DNA from: an uncultured Gammaproteobacteria bacterium
Lineage (GTDB): Bacteria > Patescibacteriota > Patescibacteriia > Patescibacteriales > GWC2-42-12
NCBI GenBank assembly: GCA_964537265.1
Contig: CAZHZE010000001.1
Coordinates: 91,103-155,102 of the forward strand
DNA: 64,000 nt
Direction of reading: 5' to 3'
Below the pieces are notes generated by a model. That model ran no database searches and had not been told where the DNA came from. It saw nothing but the letters and a program-made list of their open reading frames with translations. Position numbers and translations under genes: made by a program. Below, piece by piece: positions 63,396 to 64,000 of this stretch (position 1 is the stretch's first letter; the number at the start of each line of letters is the position of its first letter).

Positions 63396-63424
63396 ATAAT
63401 ATAGCAAAATTTTTAAAAAGTCAA
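63396..63424 (-). promoter_or_regulatory. promoter of the sRNA candidate (TTGACT ... TGCTATATTAT)
   Basis: Minus-strand TTGACT at 63424-63419. TGC + TATATT (63403-63398, 15-nt spacer) or TATTAT (63401-63396, 17-nt spacer). The predicted TSS falls at the base of the rod helix. Confidence 0.45.
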
Positions 63425-63479
63425 GAGTTAAAGCCCGCTACTTTTCAACTATTAGCTCACAATTTATCCACCTTTTCAT

Positions 63480-64000
63480 TTAAAATCTCTTCAACCACTT
63501 TAAAATCGCCCAAGCAATCATGCCGCCGATTACGGCCGTAGCCAGTTGCGGCCAGCTCATCATTTGCGCTATTTTTACGGCTAATTCTTGTTTTATTAAT
63601 AAATTAGATATCCAATTAACGCTTAAATATAAAAAAGCAAATTTTAAAATTGAGGCCGCTAAAATGCCTCTGATATAACCGGTTTCGGAATTTTTTGACC
63701 AATCATAAAACCGATCAATTGTTAAAATATAAATTACATTGCTAATCATAATAAAAGGCACGGCTGGCGCTAAAACCGCCGGCAAAAGCCCTCCGGCTAA
63801 AGCCATTAAGCTCGGTATTAAAGCCACGACTAAAGCGCTTCTTATACCGACTAAAAATAAAATTAAAATTAACAAAGCGTTAATTATCGGGCCGGTGATC
63901 CATTGCAAATGAATAAGAAATGGTAAAAATAAAGCAACGCCAGCTAAAATTATAAATTTAGCTAAGTTTTGGGCATTAACTTTATCTAAAATTTGTTCCT
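63480..64000 (-). CDS. polytopic membrane protein, possibly an ECF-type substrate-binding (S) component; partial, N-terminus off-window
   Basis: The track ORF starts at a TTG (63908), but the frame stays open to the window edge (...EQILDKVNAQNLAKFIILAGVALFLPFLIHLQWITGPIINALL...). At least 5 TMs. Confidence 0.5.
   Translation of the reverse strand, partial: EQILDKVNAQNLAKFIILAGVALFLPFLIHLQWITGPIINALLILILFLVGIRSALVVALIPSLMALAGGLLPAVLAPAVPFIMISNVIYILTIDRFYDWSKNSETGYIRGILAASILKFAFLYLSVNWISNLLIKQELAVKIAQMMSWPQLATAVIGGMIAWAILKWLKRF

Noticed and set aside
63158-63424. Identity of the structured region as SRP RNA, tmRNA, or a riboswitch/T-box leader of cca
   Set aside because: No SRP domain IV motif (GGAA tetraloop / GGAAGCAG), no tRNA-like ends or tag ORF, and no T-box sequence. 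cca has its own consensus promoter downstream of the terminator.
1-64000. CRISPR arrays, rRNA genes, transposases/integrases, alternative genetic code (UGA recoding)
   Set aside because: No regularly spaced direct repeats, no rRNA-like conserved blocks and no recombinase motifs were seen. Several well-conserved genes (rnhA and the Rrf2 regulator) terminate at TGA at the expected length, so the standard code applies.

Overview
AT-rich, tightly packed bacterial chromosome segment, mostly coded on the minus strand. Gene content: a dcw/peptidoglycan set (mraY-ftsW-murG, murA, murJ, uppS, FtsEX), lower glycolysis only (pgk, two gpmI, eno, an acetate kinase), a secretin-less type IV pilus locus plus a distant pilT, a minimal Rrf2-IscU-Nfu-NifS Fe-S operon, queuosine salvage (yhhQ, queH), RNase P RNA and 7 tRNA genes, only one of which encodes CCA. 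Most genes lack a Shine-Dalgarno sequence. By inference this looks like a small-genome Patescibacteria/CPR-like organism using the standard code (genes end in TGA). No CRISPR array, rRNA, transposase or integrase was seen. Main points for follow-up: (1) at 39784-39965 a complete tRNA-Val(CAC) sits inside the D-loop of a second, perfectly foldable tRNA-Val(CAC), bracketed by a 13-bp perfect helix. (2) Directly downstream is a three-gene islet of SD-led small ORFs, between that locus and rnpB. (3) A stand-alone ~230-nt rod-shaped sRNA candidate with its own promoter and terminator lies at 63158-63424. (4) An unannotated 47-aa, 9-Cys ORF lies between the Nfu and NifS genes, and an L,D-transpeptidase is embedded in that operon. 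(5) An RlpA-DPBB/DD-carboxypeptidase fusion abuts ftsE. (6) An HtrA-like protein with all three catalytic residues replaced ends the pilT operon. (7) There are tandem divergent iPGM paralogs and a tRNA-Thr 3'-end scar. All functional calls rest on motifs read by eye from the translations; no database search was run.
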